Shown here: piece after piece, positions 12,822 through 25,999 of the stretch
Position numbering within the stretch: the first letter of the stretch is position 1
How the letters are laid out: each line of letters starts with the position of its first letter
DNA from: Octopus vulgaris
Lineage: Eukaryota
DNA length: 64,000 bases
Assembly: GCA_951406725.2 (NCBI GenBank)
Contig: OX597814.1
Coordinates: 68,014,001-68,078,000, forward strand
Direction: 5' to 3'
The notes under the pieces: model-generated
The model's database searches: none
Told to the model about the DNA's origin: nothing
What the model saw: the letters and a program-made list of their open reading frames with translations, nothing else
Position numbers and translations under genes: made by a program

Positions 12822-14114
12822 GCAAGGATATTGATATAAGCCATCGTCTAGTGACACATACACGTACGCAGTTACTGAAACAATGTAATACTGTGTTGGA
12901 GAAAACAGCTTATTCCGTAATTACGTCCCTATTTACCAGAACAGAAGCTTTCTAGAAATATTGCATGCATATAGTTGATGTTAGATCGGAAAATGTCTAA
13001 TTTCCAATTATTTCTTCATATTTTCGATATACCAAATATTCCCTCTTGCACATAAATGTATAATATTAATTTACAAACTTACATATCTCAGCTTGACTGC
13101 CAAATCCCTCGTTAAGTAGTGTGAAAATGCAACCACTTGCTATTTTCTCTCTTTCTTTCTTCTATTTTCATTTTCCGCTCTCATATTTATTCTCATATTC
13201 TTAAAATTATTTTCATACTATTTTTCTTCACGTTGTCCGAGATTAGAGTTTTCGTTCACTTTCCATTCTCCGCTTTATTGTTTCATATATTTCCTTTTAC
13301 TTTTCTCATATGTTAACTTGGCTTCCTTCCGTCGTTTCTCTTCACTTTTTACTTCTCTATTCCTTCCAACTGAACACACTTGTTAAAATTATGACTTATT
13401 TCAGCTTTGTCATTTAATCCTACATTCAATCATATTATATTTTCACATTATAAGTCTCCTCCCTTCTATATATTTCTCTCTCAACCACCCTACCTTACTC
13501 CCTGCATCCCATGACCTCTCGCGTTATACTACTTTCTCAGGCGTTTACTATATGTCCCAATGGTGTTTCTTATTTAAACAGTCATTCAGTATGTATCTTT
13601 ACTTTCCTCACAATTTCATTCTATTTCAATTTCCTTCCCTACACCCCACTTCTAATCATCAATTCTTTAACTCTCTCAAATTTCCTGTGACATTCAAACA
13701 TTTCTAAAATTCTGCGTATAAATTCCATAAGTGTTTAAAAAATTACTTCACTATGTTCTGCCTCTCACAAGTCCTTATGCACTTATCTTTCATGTATTTG
13801 AATGCTGCTGTTGGCATAAATTATGATAGAGTTCTCCAGGCTTGTATGCTTTTTATACATCATATATACACAGTTAAAATGCAAGTGATTGAAAAGACTT
13901 CTGCATATGATTTGCACATCAACTCTGGAGAAACAAATTGAAAAGTTGGCTCTGGTAGTATTTCAACTCAAAACGCAAAGGGATATAACTGAATGCTTAC
14001 AAGCATTTCACGAGACTTATTTATCGATTCTGCCACTACACTGCTTCAATAAAAAGGAAAAATTAATCTGGAAATCGGCTTTCAAATTTGTATCGAGGCC
14101 GTATGTATGCATCA

Positions 14115-14214
<100 letters not shown>

Positions 14215-16731
14215 GAACGCAGGGTGGACTTCAGTGCCTACCTGCACAGCCTGCCACGACTCTCGGCAAGAGAGGCAGAGTGCTGCGAAGGTGCCATCAC
14301 GGCGGTGGATGTGCGGGACGCAATGGCAGAATGCTCGAGAGACAAATCGCCGGGTTTAGATGGTCTGCCCTGCGAGTTTTACAATTGTATGCCAGACTTG
14401 TTTGGAGACGTCTTGGCAGCGGTATACTGCAACTGGCAGCAAAACGGGAGCATACCCGGTTTTGTAAGTCGAGGAGCCGTAACACTGCTGAAGAAAGATC
14501 CAATCAAGGGGGACATTATAGATAACTTTAGGCCAAACACTCTGCTCAATGCAGACCTGAAAATGTTGACCAAGGTGTTAGCCAAGAGGTTGGCGCTTGT
14601 CATCGAGAAACTGGTCGACAAGGCACAAACGTGCGCCGTGCCGGGCCAGAGCATCCATGACAACTTCCATCTGATGCGCTACATCATAGACAGAGTAGTT
14701 GAGGAACCTGGCATGGGTGGGGCCCTGATCAATTTGGATCAATCGAAAGCCTTCGATAGAGTAGACCATCGATACTTGGAGGCAGTCCTGAGAGCGGCTG
14801 GTTTCGGTCCCGTCTTCCGCGGCTGGATAGCTGCTTTGTACAGAGGTATCCGTTCGGTAACGCGTAAATGGACATCTATCGAGACCTTTCGACATTGCAC
14901 GTTCGGTCCGTCAGGGATGCCCCCTCTCGTCGCCTCTATACGTATTGACTCTCGAGCCACTACTGCAGAAGCTGGCGACTCTGAGGGGCATCCCGCGAGA
15001 ATTGGGATGCGGGACGAGCGTGTCTGCATACGCGGACGACATCACCGTCATAGTGTCAAGCCACGAGTACATCGAGCTGGTCGGCGAGACACATTGATAA
15101 ACTACGAAGCGGTGACAGGAGCGAAAATTAACCGGGAAAAGTCAGTGGGCTTGCGGCTCGGCACCTGGAGAAGCAAGCCCATACCGTCCACCAGTACCTC
15201 CGTCGTGGGACGCTGGACGGACGGCTCGGTTGAGTTGCTCGGGGTCTGGTTCGGTCCGGACCTCCAAATGGAGAAGAACTGGAACGAGATAACGAGTAGA
15301 GTGGTCACTCTCACCCGGCAATGGGCCTGGAGGAAACTGTCCCTAAAAGGTTGGGCGGAGGTAGCGAACACGTACATCGCGTCCATCATCTACTACCGCC
15401 TGACCGTCGTACCTTGTCCCGACCCTACCATCACCAAACTAGAACCCATTCTCTTCCGCTTCTTGTGGAAAGGATGCGTCCCGATGGTCAGGCGATCCAT
15501 TTGTTGTCAACACCCGTTAAAAGGAGGGCTGGGCATGCCGTGGTTGATGATGCGCAGACACGCGCTGAGACTGCGACATCTCCGGCTCTATGTAGACGAC
15601 GGTGAACAGGTGTGGTCGCCGTTTGTGAGGTACGCTTTCCCGCAGCTCGTCTCATTGACCGAACTGCAGTCGTGGATCAAAAAGAGGCCGAGGAAGAGCG
15701 AATGGCAACTCTGCCATCCCGGGTCGACCTTGAGTGACTTCAACACAACCAAAGCATTCTACAGGGGATTAGTGGAGGGGAGGTACGACGACGATCTTTG
15801 GGCAAACCTGGGCGTCGACGAAGAGTACGTGACTTGCCTGTTTGAAACGACTTTCGGGCCGGGACCTATGGACAACCTCCAGAGATCCCTGGCCTGGCGG
15901 TGCTACCGAGAAGCGCTACCCGTTCGGGATAAGCTCTATAGGCATGGCTCGAGAAACATGGGGCCGACCTGCCCGAGACGCGGGCAGAGCGACGAAACCG
16001 TTCTGCACGCAATCGTGCAGTGTCCAACAATCTCCGACCTGTGGGCTTATGTCGAACGACTGCTGTCACGTGTGGGCCGTGTCGGTTTATCAGCCGAGTC
16101 TATCGTTAATATCGCCACGCCTCCTTCCTTCAAACGGGAAGGAAGAGCTATTTTTATCATACTTGTGGCTATGGAGAAAGAATGTATCTGGTGGACGCGC
16201 CTGAAAGGATTAGAGACAAACACTTTCCTCTGGTCAATCTCTCATCAACTTCTTCAAGTATCACTTGAAGAGGAAAGTGAGAGTAGAGAGGCAAGTTTTG
16301 TCTAGTGAATGTTTAAAAAAAAGATGGGTGAATGTAGCAAGGATGGCACGTATGAATGACGAAGCCACCATGACTATGATCCTATGAACCGTAAAAATTA
16401 ATACAGAGAGTTGCTTATTTGTAAAAAAATATAACATGTGACTTCATTGACCGAGGTTACCGTGGTCTTTTCTGTAAGCTTTTCTTTCCACGGGCAAACC
16501 TTACCGGTCCTCCCCTTTACACTTTATATTGACATTTCTGTGATAACGATCCCTATTGATCGATTTTTTCCTTTTCCTTTTATTTTTTACCCCCCTTTTT
16601 TTCTTTCCTCTTTCTTTCCTTTTACGATCCCTTTTGATCGAAAACCAAACTCTCTTTTTTATCCCCAAAAGAAAAGCTCTACCTTGTAATTTGTCCCGTC
16701 TGTGTGCAGCCCTGTGTGGCTAATAAAGAAA
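14215..16731 (+). mobile_element. Tx1-clade (L1 group) LINE, 5'-truncated, inserted in (TCTA)n
   Basis: Motifs KSPGLDGLP, NFRP..LLNAD, LDQSKAFDRVDH, SVRQGCPLS/YADD (alternate frame), GGLGMP and zinc knuckle CPR..ETVLHAIVQC. AATAAA is at 16722 and (TCTA)n flanks both sides. Confidence 0.9.
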
Positions 16732-16737
16732 CATATG

Positions 16738-16932
<195 letters not shown>

Positions 16933-17098
16933 ATATATACATACATACACGTTTATAGCTTTTGCTAATTGTTTTAGGTATCGCTGTGATTGTAAGCATA
17001 CATAACCGCTGCGATTACGATTTTAGCAGCTCCCTACTTTTACATGCATAAAACTAAAGATTTAGTGTTATATAATATTTATATATAATATTTATAAT

Positions 17099-17504
17099 AG
17101 GCGCAGGAGTGGCTGTGTGGTAAGTAGCTTGTGTACCAACCACGTGATTCCGGGTTCAGTCCCACTGCGTGGCACCTTGGGCAAGTGTCTTCTACTATAG
17201 CCTTGGGCCGACCAAAGCCTTGTGAGTGGATTTGGTAGACGGAAACTGAAAGAAGCCCGTCGTATATATGTATATATATATGCGTGTGTGTGTTTGTGTG
17301 TCTGTGTTTGTCCCCCTAGCATTGCTTGACAACCGATGCTGGTGTGTTTACGTCCCCGTCACCTAGCGGTTCGGCAAAAGAGACCGATAGAATAAGTACT
17401 GGGCTTACAAAGAATAAGTCCCGGGGTCGATTTGCTCGACTGAAGCCGGTGCTCCAGCATGGCCGCAGTCGAATGACTGAAACAAGTAAAAGAGTAAAAG
17501 AGTA
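17099..17504 (+). mobile_element. SINE family B, full-length young copy
   Basis: tRNA head with A box GTGGCTGTGTGG and B box GGTTCAGTCCC, internal TA/TG tract, and (AAAAGAGT) tail. Confidence 0.9.
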
Positions 17505-17619
17505 TAATAATTTATAATACTTTATAAAAGGTTACAACTTTAAGTGTGAGATGTAATCTATTATATTGGCCCTCGTACTTTATTTCATCGATCTTAAAAG
17601 GATTAAAGACATAGATTAA

Positions 17620-17677
<58 letters not shown>

Positions 17678-18409
17678 CTAGAATATTTATGTTTACGTAT
17701 CAAACTGCAAATTAGAAATCTGAATAATTGTGATGGTTATTGATGTTACATTGTATGTTGATACATTGTCATTACAACGCTATACAATGCTGTTAGAAAA
17801 GTATCTTGTATACAATATTCCACACATACTCCACACAAACTCTAGAACATTTATTTGTTTCTATCATTGGACTGGGGTCATGCTAGGATATTGCCTTAAA
17901 TGTTTTAATCGGTCAAATTGACCGCACTACTTTTAACTCGTCAGATATTTTGCTCTTTCAAACAATTATAAAAGTTTGCATTATCTACCCTTTTAGATAG
18001 TTCTTTTTGTGAAAAGCCTTTACGACTATTAGCTTGAAGCCAATGAAATCAATTTCTGATTCTCTACATCTTTGCCTGTCTTAATCTGTCATTCTGGCTT
18101 TGGAATCATCTCTACGTCGATGTTTTATTTTCACAGACATGACCTGTAACAGGTTCTGTGTTCAGTTAGATATTGTTCTCATAGCACTACACTTTTGATG
18201 ATGTTGTATTGTTGGTACTGACTTTATTGTAATCGTTTTTATTGATGCTATTGTTATTGTTATTACCATTAATGTCTTACTGACCTCACAACTATGGTGA
18301 ACAATAGTAAATGGATTGAGGAAAGAGAGAGAGAAAGAGACAGACAGACACACACAGACACAGGCACACAGACACACAGACACACAGACACACAGGCACA
18401 CAGACACAG

Positions 18410-19130
18410 AACTTGTCAACTATAGCCACTATCTTGTGAATTTTTTACGTACCACTCGAAGAAGTCGTGGATAGAGAGTGAAGATACTTTTATAGTAACG
18501 TTAAAAAAAGGAGAGACAGTGCCACTGTGCCTTCGGGCCGGAGGCTGGAGCTTGTCTGTGAGAGATTGTATGCTAAGCAGTCAGTGTTACTTTTCCGGAT
18601 GCTGTCTACAATATCTCTATGTGCAGCTGCAGTAATAATACTCCTTTGGGGCCTCATCTGAGTTTTGTAGAATGTTGATAATTGCTTGGAGATGAAGAGA
18701 AGGGGAAGTCATTAACTATTTTGTCCGGCATAGTGACGATTCTGCTAGTTTACCGTCTTGTGAGCTCTGAATAATAATTCTTTCTGTTATAGACGCAAGA
18801 CTTGAAATTTTGTGGGAAGTAGGTAGTCGATTATATCGACCCCAGTAAAGGATGTGCTTTCACCAGGGAATCCTCAGCGATTGTGAGCTAAAATATTTGG
18901 AGTGATAGTAAGGGCTTTAGCTGAGAGGGGTTCATGATTATGGACGTATGTTGCGATGATGTTTTCTTCATATAGGAAGCATTTGTATTTTCTTGCTATT
19001 GAAGACAAGAATAGTCTATCTCTTTTAGAGGATGCTTCAATGGAGTCAGTGTTCATGGTGCCCGTGTAGGTTTGAAAAATGCTAAGTTTTGGGTGGTTGA
19101 TACACAGCAGAAGGTCAGGGGTCAATGACG
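18410..19130 (-). pseudogene. Old CR1/L2-like LINE remnant interrupted by SINE A fragments (18716-18846)
   Basis: Degenerate endonuclease/linker-like translation (DLLLC.., SSLRPEGTVALS). The similarity is weak. Confidence 0.35.
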
Positions 19131-19202
19131 GGTGAATATTAATATTAATAGGCTGTCAGTTGTATTTTTACATATAAAGTACTTTCGTGTGATCCTTTAA
19201 AT

Positions 19203-19400
19203 GGCAGGATCGTTAGCACACCGGGTAAAATGCAGTATTTCGTCCGTCTTTACGTCCTGAGTTCAAATTCCGCCGAGGTTGATTTTGCCTTACCTCCTTT
19301 CTGGGTCGATAAATTAAGTACCAGTTGAACACCGAGTTCGAGGTAATCGGCATATCCCCTTCCCAAAATTGCTAGCCTCGTTCCAACATCTCAAACCGAT
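19203..19400 (+). mobile_element. SINE family A
   Basis: Matches the 6139 copy. Confidence 0.8.
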
Positions 19401-20384
19401 ATTACTAAATTTGGCTGCATTGCTCGACAATTAGAGGATTGTGAACGGTTAACAACATTTCAGACCAGTTCTTAGTTTACCTACTCAGGAAAGAGGCCTC
19501 AGTGACGCATATAATTGGTACATGTGTGTAAATCATCCTTTGCCAATAAACATACACATTTTCGTACCCTCTCTCTCTCTCCGTTTCTCTCTCTGTTTTT
19601 CTCTCTTTCTCTTTCTACCCCTCCATATGTATACACTCAGACGAATACTGAAAGGGAAAGAGGAAGAGAGGGTGTAGGCGAAATTAATTGGAAATAGGAA
19701 AGTGTAAGTGTAAATAAAAAAGACATTTTTCGCTGATACATATCAACGTTCCTGTCCTATTTTCATTTCTTCTGTGTTTATATACACTGTCACGTCTGGA
19801 ACAGTGTTGCCTGCACACAACGCAATTTCGACCTTACGCTTCTTATCGCTCAATGCATATTGCGTGTTTTGACAACCAGATGCACTTCTGTCATATGATT
19901 TGCTGTTTTGCACGTTCTCTTCTTTTCTGTTCCCCTTATTTCTTTCAAATTATCTATATATCTGTGTCAAATAACAAGATTATGTTTTGACACCTATAGA
20001 TTATTATATATTTCTATAGTTTAACAAACACACTCCTATTCTAAATGTCAGTTTATATCTGCTAAATTAAAAATATATATTCAGAAACGAGTTATATCAA
20101 AAGCATTAACAAAGACAACTTATAATGTAACCAGCAATCAGGCCTTTCCATAGTCATACGATTTATTCTATTCCGGACTACATTATCTATTATGTCTTTT
20201 GCTGCTAGAAATAGCAGCATTAGAAATGTTAGATAATATAATCCATGGAAGATTAGGGAAAAGAAAAACAGGTAGTCAAGGCAAACCCATTGAAAAACAA
20301 CATCAAGCAATGAGATTAATCCATTATAGGATTGAAACTATGTTTCTAATACGGTGCTCAAAAATATTTCTTAATCTATTGGAT

Positions 20385-20483
<99 letters not shown>

Positions 20484-20497
20484 ACGTGTGTGTTGAT

Positions 20498-21163
20498 AAA
20501 TTATGAAAATCGTAAAGTATGGTAGCGGCAAATAAGCAAAGGATCAATGGTTCACATCCTATCATTCATAGTGTACTGTTTGTAGGCAAAGATATAAAGC
20601 ACCAAGGACACCTAGTCGCTAGGAGATTTTGAACATTGTAGCGCGAGCAATTTCGGCGATTTTAAACTCTATTGAAGCTCATTATAAATAAATTACGTAA
20701 ATAAGTGCAATTTACTACAGAATTGTAAAGTGCACTGATGCAAATAGCTGTAGCAATGTAATCTTGACAGGTACTAAAGACGACAACATGGGATCGTATT
20801 TTTCTTCTGTGAGAAGTTATGAAATCAATTATTGATATAAAACTTTCAGTAGAAAGGCATGGTGAATCAATCTGTATGTTTTAAACTGCCGCGTTATATA
20901 GATTCGATTTTTGCAAAGTAAGGAATTGCATACACTACATCCAACCGATAATGTATATGTTAGTAAATTATTAAGGTCGTAAAGTATGGTTGTCGCAAAT
21001 AAGCAAAAGATCAATGGTTCATACCCTGTCACCCATAGTGTACTGTGTGTCGGCAAAAACACAAACCACCAAGGATACCTAGTTGTTAGTAGATACTAAC
21101 ATTGTATCACTGACGATTTCGTGGTTTTTACAACTCTACTGAGACGCATTATAAATAAATTAC
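20498..21163. repeat. Diverged direct repeat of about 200 bp (20498-20696 and 20965-21163, offset 467)
   Basis: CGTAAAGTATGGT..GCAAATAAGCAAA.GATCAATGGTTCA..CATAGTGTACTGT..CACCAAGGA.ACCTAGT..ATTATAAATAAATTAC is present in both copies. Confidence 0.85.
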
Positions 21164-21699
21164 TTCACAAATACCTCATCGAAGTATGACCCATGTTTTC
21201 CTAATTCAACAATACTTAGGTATATTCAAAATAGCAAACATTATAACAGGAAACAAATATGCAGACTAATCGAAACCGTGGAATTTCCTTCTATAAAGAA
21301 TTCATTTCACAAACATGAAAATAGGTGAATATTATTAATTAAATCTCGAGTATAAAAAGGAGGTTCGTGTGTGAGAGGAATAGTTCTTGAGGTTAGTATA
21401 AAAGTATGCTTCCGTTTCAAATTTGACCATTTAATTTTCCTTTGGAGTCAAAGAGTTTGCGGACATAAGCCCCAGAATAATTCGGGCATTGAAGATTAAT
21501 ATTCGACTAGAAATTAGAGAATTGTTAACACACACATAACAAGCTGTCATTGCACACTACCAAGAAAATGATCAAGCTAAGAACAGAATGCATTTATAGG
21601 GTGCTATATTCGCTAATTGCTTCAAAGTATTCCACTAAAAAATTTAAAAAAAGGAATATTGTTGACATCATAAGAATGTATAAACCTTTGAAAGAATGT

Positions 21700-23550
21700 G
21701 AAATAATTCTTTATTAGAACAGTGTTCTCGAAGCATATAAAGCTATAAATAGTGGAATACGCTAAACACTGTAGAACACCTACCCGTCACGGAGGAGCTG
21801 GACACACTGCCAACTGCTGGAGAACTGAGTAGAGCCGGACGGCATCCAACCAGAAATTATCAGATGTGCAAGGAGAGTTCTTCTCAGCCACTTGCTGAAG
21901 TTACTGTGTCAGTGCTGGGAGGAAGGATCAGTCCTGCAAGACATGAGAGACTGCTACATTGTCACCCTATATAAGAAGAAAGCAACTGCAATAATGTAGG
22001 ACAAATAATATACGGACAAAAATGACTGCAATTATTACCGAGGCATCTCCCCGTTAAGCATCGTCGAGAAAGTCTTTGCCTAAACAGACAACAAAAAAAT
22101 CACTGAGAGGATATACCCCAAATCTCAGTGCGGTTTCAGATCAGGTCGCTCCACCATCGACATATTCTTCTCTCTTCGAGAGCTACAGAAGAAGTGCCGG
22201 GAGCACTCTTTATCACCTTCATCGATCTCACAAATGTTTTTGACCTAGTCAGTAGAGACGGCCTGTTCATGACGCTGTCGTCCAAGACTCCTCGGGATTG
22301 ATATGAAAGGCATCGTTCAATTTGATGGCTATTCGGAGGCATTCAACATACGTAGCGACGTGAATCAGGACTGTGTGCTTGCCTCCAATCTGGTTAGCAT
22401 CTTCTTTGCAATCATGTTGAAACATACATCTGAGACATCAACAGATGGTATTTACCTTCACATCAGATCAGACGGTCAACTGTTTAGTCTGTCGAGACTG
22501 AAAGCAAGCTCCGGGGTACCCCAGATACTCGTCAGAGTAATGCTGTTCACAGACGATGTAGCACTGACAGCGTACTATAAAGAGCAAATGCAGCACCTCG
22601 TTGACAAAATTTCAAAAGCCTGTCAGGAATTCAGCCTGACTATTCATCTGAAGAAAACCAAAGAAAGTACTGGGCCAAGGTACCAAGTACCCCGCCCCCA
22701 TCATCATCATCACTATCAACAACTACAAGCTGGAGGTGGTCCATGATTTCAGCTAAATCGGCTCTATCGACGCTGATATCCTCTCCCTGGACCACGAGAC
22801 CAACTGGCGAATTAGTTAAGCATCCTCTACATTTGCCAGGCTCACGAAGAGAATCTTGGGAAACAGAAAACTGGTTGTAAGCACCAAAATTGCTGTCTAT
22901 AAGGCGTGCGTCATTAATACACTACCTTACGGCAGTGAGACGTGGAGCCTCTTCTCCAGACAGGAGTGGCATCTCAACGTTTCCCACGTAATATGAAACG
23001 CATCCTGAATATCAAGTTGACCGACTACATCACCAACATCAAAATTCTCAACCGCGCCAAGATACCCAGTATACCTATCCTGCTCCAGTAGCGTCATCTG
23101 CACTGGTTCAGTCATGTACATCGGATGCCGGACGGAAGAATCACAAAATACCTCCTGTATGGGGAATTGGCCACCGGCACAAGAGCACGAGGACGAACTT
23201 ACCCTCGTTTTAAGGACATCTTCAAAAGAGATATGAAGTCGCTTGACCTGGACGCACTGAGATGGGAGGAGGTCGCAAATGATCGCCCATGTTGGAGACA
23301 AATACTGAAAAAAGGATGAAGCGAAAGGAAAAAAACAGGAACTCGCCTTCAAAGGCAAGCGCTCTTGGGAGGAAAAACTAGGAGCGCCGGTAGTGAGCTT
23401 CTTCAAATGCAATCGCTGTATACGTGACTGGCCACTCCCGTGTAGGCCTCTACAGCCACAACAAACGCTGGACCACCATCAGCAGGTGACACGATTTCAT
23501 CAGGTGCAGATCCATGCCTCTCGAGATCAATAGATGCCTACTACTAATAG
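21700..23550 (+). mobile_element. RTE (BovB-like) LINE, 5'-truncated
   Basis: Motifs DCNYYRGISPLS, SQCGFRSGRSTID, MLFTDDVAL and MPDGRITKYLLYGELATG; degenerate terminal zinc finger; tail GATGCCTACTACTA. Confidence 0.9.
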
Positions 23551-23790
23551 CATGTAAACATTGGGCTGGAAATCCCCTTTAGATAGGAAAAAAATCGAAG
23601 GTTTCTCGCGTGGGTTCATGTATGACAAGGGCCGCATTTCAAAGCTTGCTAATATTTATAGCTTTACTGTGTTTGAGAGGCAATGCTCCTAAATCTGAAT
23701 AATTTCTAACATTTGTATAAAATCAGTTACTTCTATTTAAGAATGGAAATTAACTTTTGCAACACACAAAATACATGTGTATAGATACAC

Positions 23791-23833
<43 letters not shown>

Positions 23834-24166
23834 GCACACGCACACACACACACGCACACACGCACGCACACACACACATGCAGACGCACACACAAACATA
23901 CACACATACACAAACACACATACACATGCACACACACTCATGCATATGTATGGAAATATACATATATTTATAGATATATGTATATATAAAGGTGTATTTT
24001 ACATTAATGTTTTAAGCGATATAAAAATTTCTTTCTATGACATATTAAAATTACCAACGGTGTTTCAATTTTTGGATTTCAATTTTAGTTCCAAATGGAA
24101 CGATTCACTCATCTCAAAATTAGGAAATATCATTGATTTCATTGCTTATGTAGCTGTGTGTGCGTG

Positions 24167-24235
<69 letters not shown>

Positions 24236-24273
24236 GTGTGAGAGAGACAGAAAGAGAAAGAAAATGTGTGTAT

Positions 24274-24305
<32 letters not shown>

Positions 24306-24580
24306 AAGAGAAAGAAAGTGTGTGCATGAGAAAGAGAGAGAGATGGAGAGGGAGAGAAAGAGTGTGCACGTGTGTGTGTGAGTCTGTTTATGTGAACTTG
24401 TGTATGAGTGTATCTATAATAAAATACAAGCGGAAGACATGCTAAAGTAATGTTATTAGGTCATTGCACGTTGAAATAAAAATGTGATTAAGGTTTTGGT
24501 CAGTAGTCCTACATCAGAAAGAATGAACGAGAGAAAAGGAGATAAATCGAACAAGAAAAAAATACTTCGATAGCAATCCA

Positions 24581-24590
24581 CCGCCATTTT
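24581..24590 (+). promoter_or_regulatory. YY1/Pho consensus site CCGCCATTTT in unique sequence; possible promoter region
   Basis: Exact match to CCGCCATNTT. A GTAAGT donor-like site lies at 24734, followed by strong G/T skew. Confidence 0.3.
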
Positions 24591-25999
24591 GAAATGACCA
24601 GAAAAAGACATAAAAGAAAAAAAGAAAATACTTCTGTGCGAAGAGGAACTGAAAGAGGGATAAAATGAGAGCGTTTTCTTTTTTCCAGTATGTATATGTA
24701 CCTATGTATTGTGAAAGTGTTCGGGCGAGCGTTGTAAGTGTTGATATAAGTGCATCATTTTCTTGTATACTTATCGTTCTAACATTATGCAGCGTCTGCC
24801 CTCGCGTGTTTGAGTGTTGATATTATTGTATGTTTTAATAGCTTGTGTTTGTTTTATATTCTGGAATGCGCGCGCGCGCGCGCGTGTGTGTGTATGTGTG
24901 TGTGTATTTTATGATCTTGAATGTGTTATAGTGGTGTTGTTAGAATGTGCGTGTTTGTGTGTATACTTTCAGTGAGTGTGTATGTAAAAGTAGAGTGTGC
25001 ATGTATTTTGTCTTCTCTTATCTACAGGTTTTGTGTATGTGATGTGTTTGTGTGTGTATATGGGGGGTGGTGAAATGATTAAAGTGGTGTGTATTTATGT
25101 GTATTTATGTGTATTTATGTGTACATATTTTAATTGTGTATTTGTGAGTGCGTGTGTGCGTTGGGTTTCTGTGTATGGGTATTTGTTGTTTATTGTTTGT
25201 TTTGAAATATGTGTGCATGTAGAGTGTATGTGTGTGCATTTGAAAGTAATATGTGTACAAATAGAATGTATGCACATCATAGGCGGGGTTGTGTTCTTTT
25301 GACTGTCTGCGTAGTAGTACTTTATGAATGTGTGTTTGTGTATATTACGTGTGTGAGGCGAAAAGATATTAAAGAGACTATATATATTTAGTATTTGTTT
25401 CGCTATGAAAAACAATGTGTCAAAACAGATAATAACCAGATATTGCTGTTACTGTATATAATTGTAGTGTGGGTTAGTAAACGCAAATCAACATAAATGA
25501 TATGACTGTCCACCATGTTTTGCAATTTACGATATACTTATATTATTAAGCTTGGGTAATATGGAACTTCTGGCGATCCAATTATGATGGTACAGTAAGC
25601 TACATGAAGTACATGCTTGATTTATCTCACTAATTCTGAAGTATAAAAGAATATTTTATTTTCTCAACTCTCTGGAGACATTTTATCTCGACACTTCCTA
25701 ATTAGTCTGAATCCCACAATGCATTGAAACTCAGCCACCACATCAGAATAGTTGAGTTTCACTTTTAATTGCTTTACAGACCTCTTTGGCTGAACGGTTA
25801 AAGGACCTCTCTGCTGCACACGTGTGTAAAGGCGTCTGCTTCACATCACTAGTATTTTCTATGAATTATGATGAAACTTCAGAAATGTCTGCCCTTGTCT
25901 TAATTTTAAAGAAAGTGCAACGCAAGTTGACTTGTGTCGTTGAAATTCAATCATTTAGTGGTATAGTGGTATATTTAAAACATTCCAAAGATTCTCTAT

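Noticed and set aside
17099-17175. tRNA gene-like A/B boxes
   Set aside because: These are heads of multi-copy SINEs, with no complete cloverleaf.
20500-21100. Possible NUMT (TGA/TGG alternation on the minus strand between repeat copies)
   Set aside because: The translation resembles no mitochondrial protein I recognise, and the signal rests on a single site.
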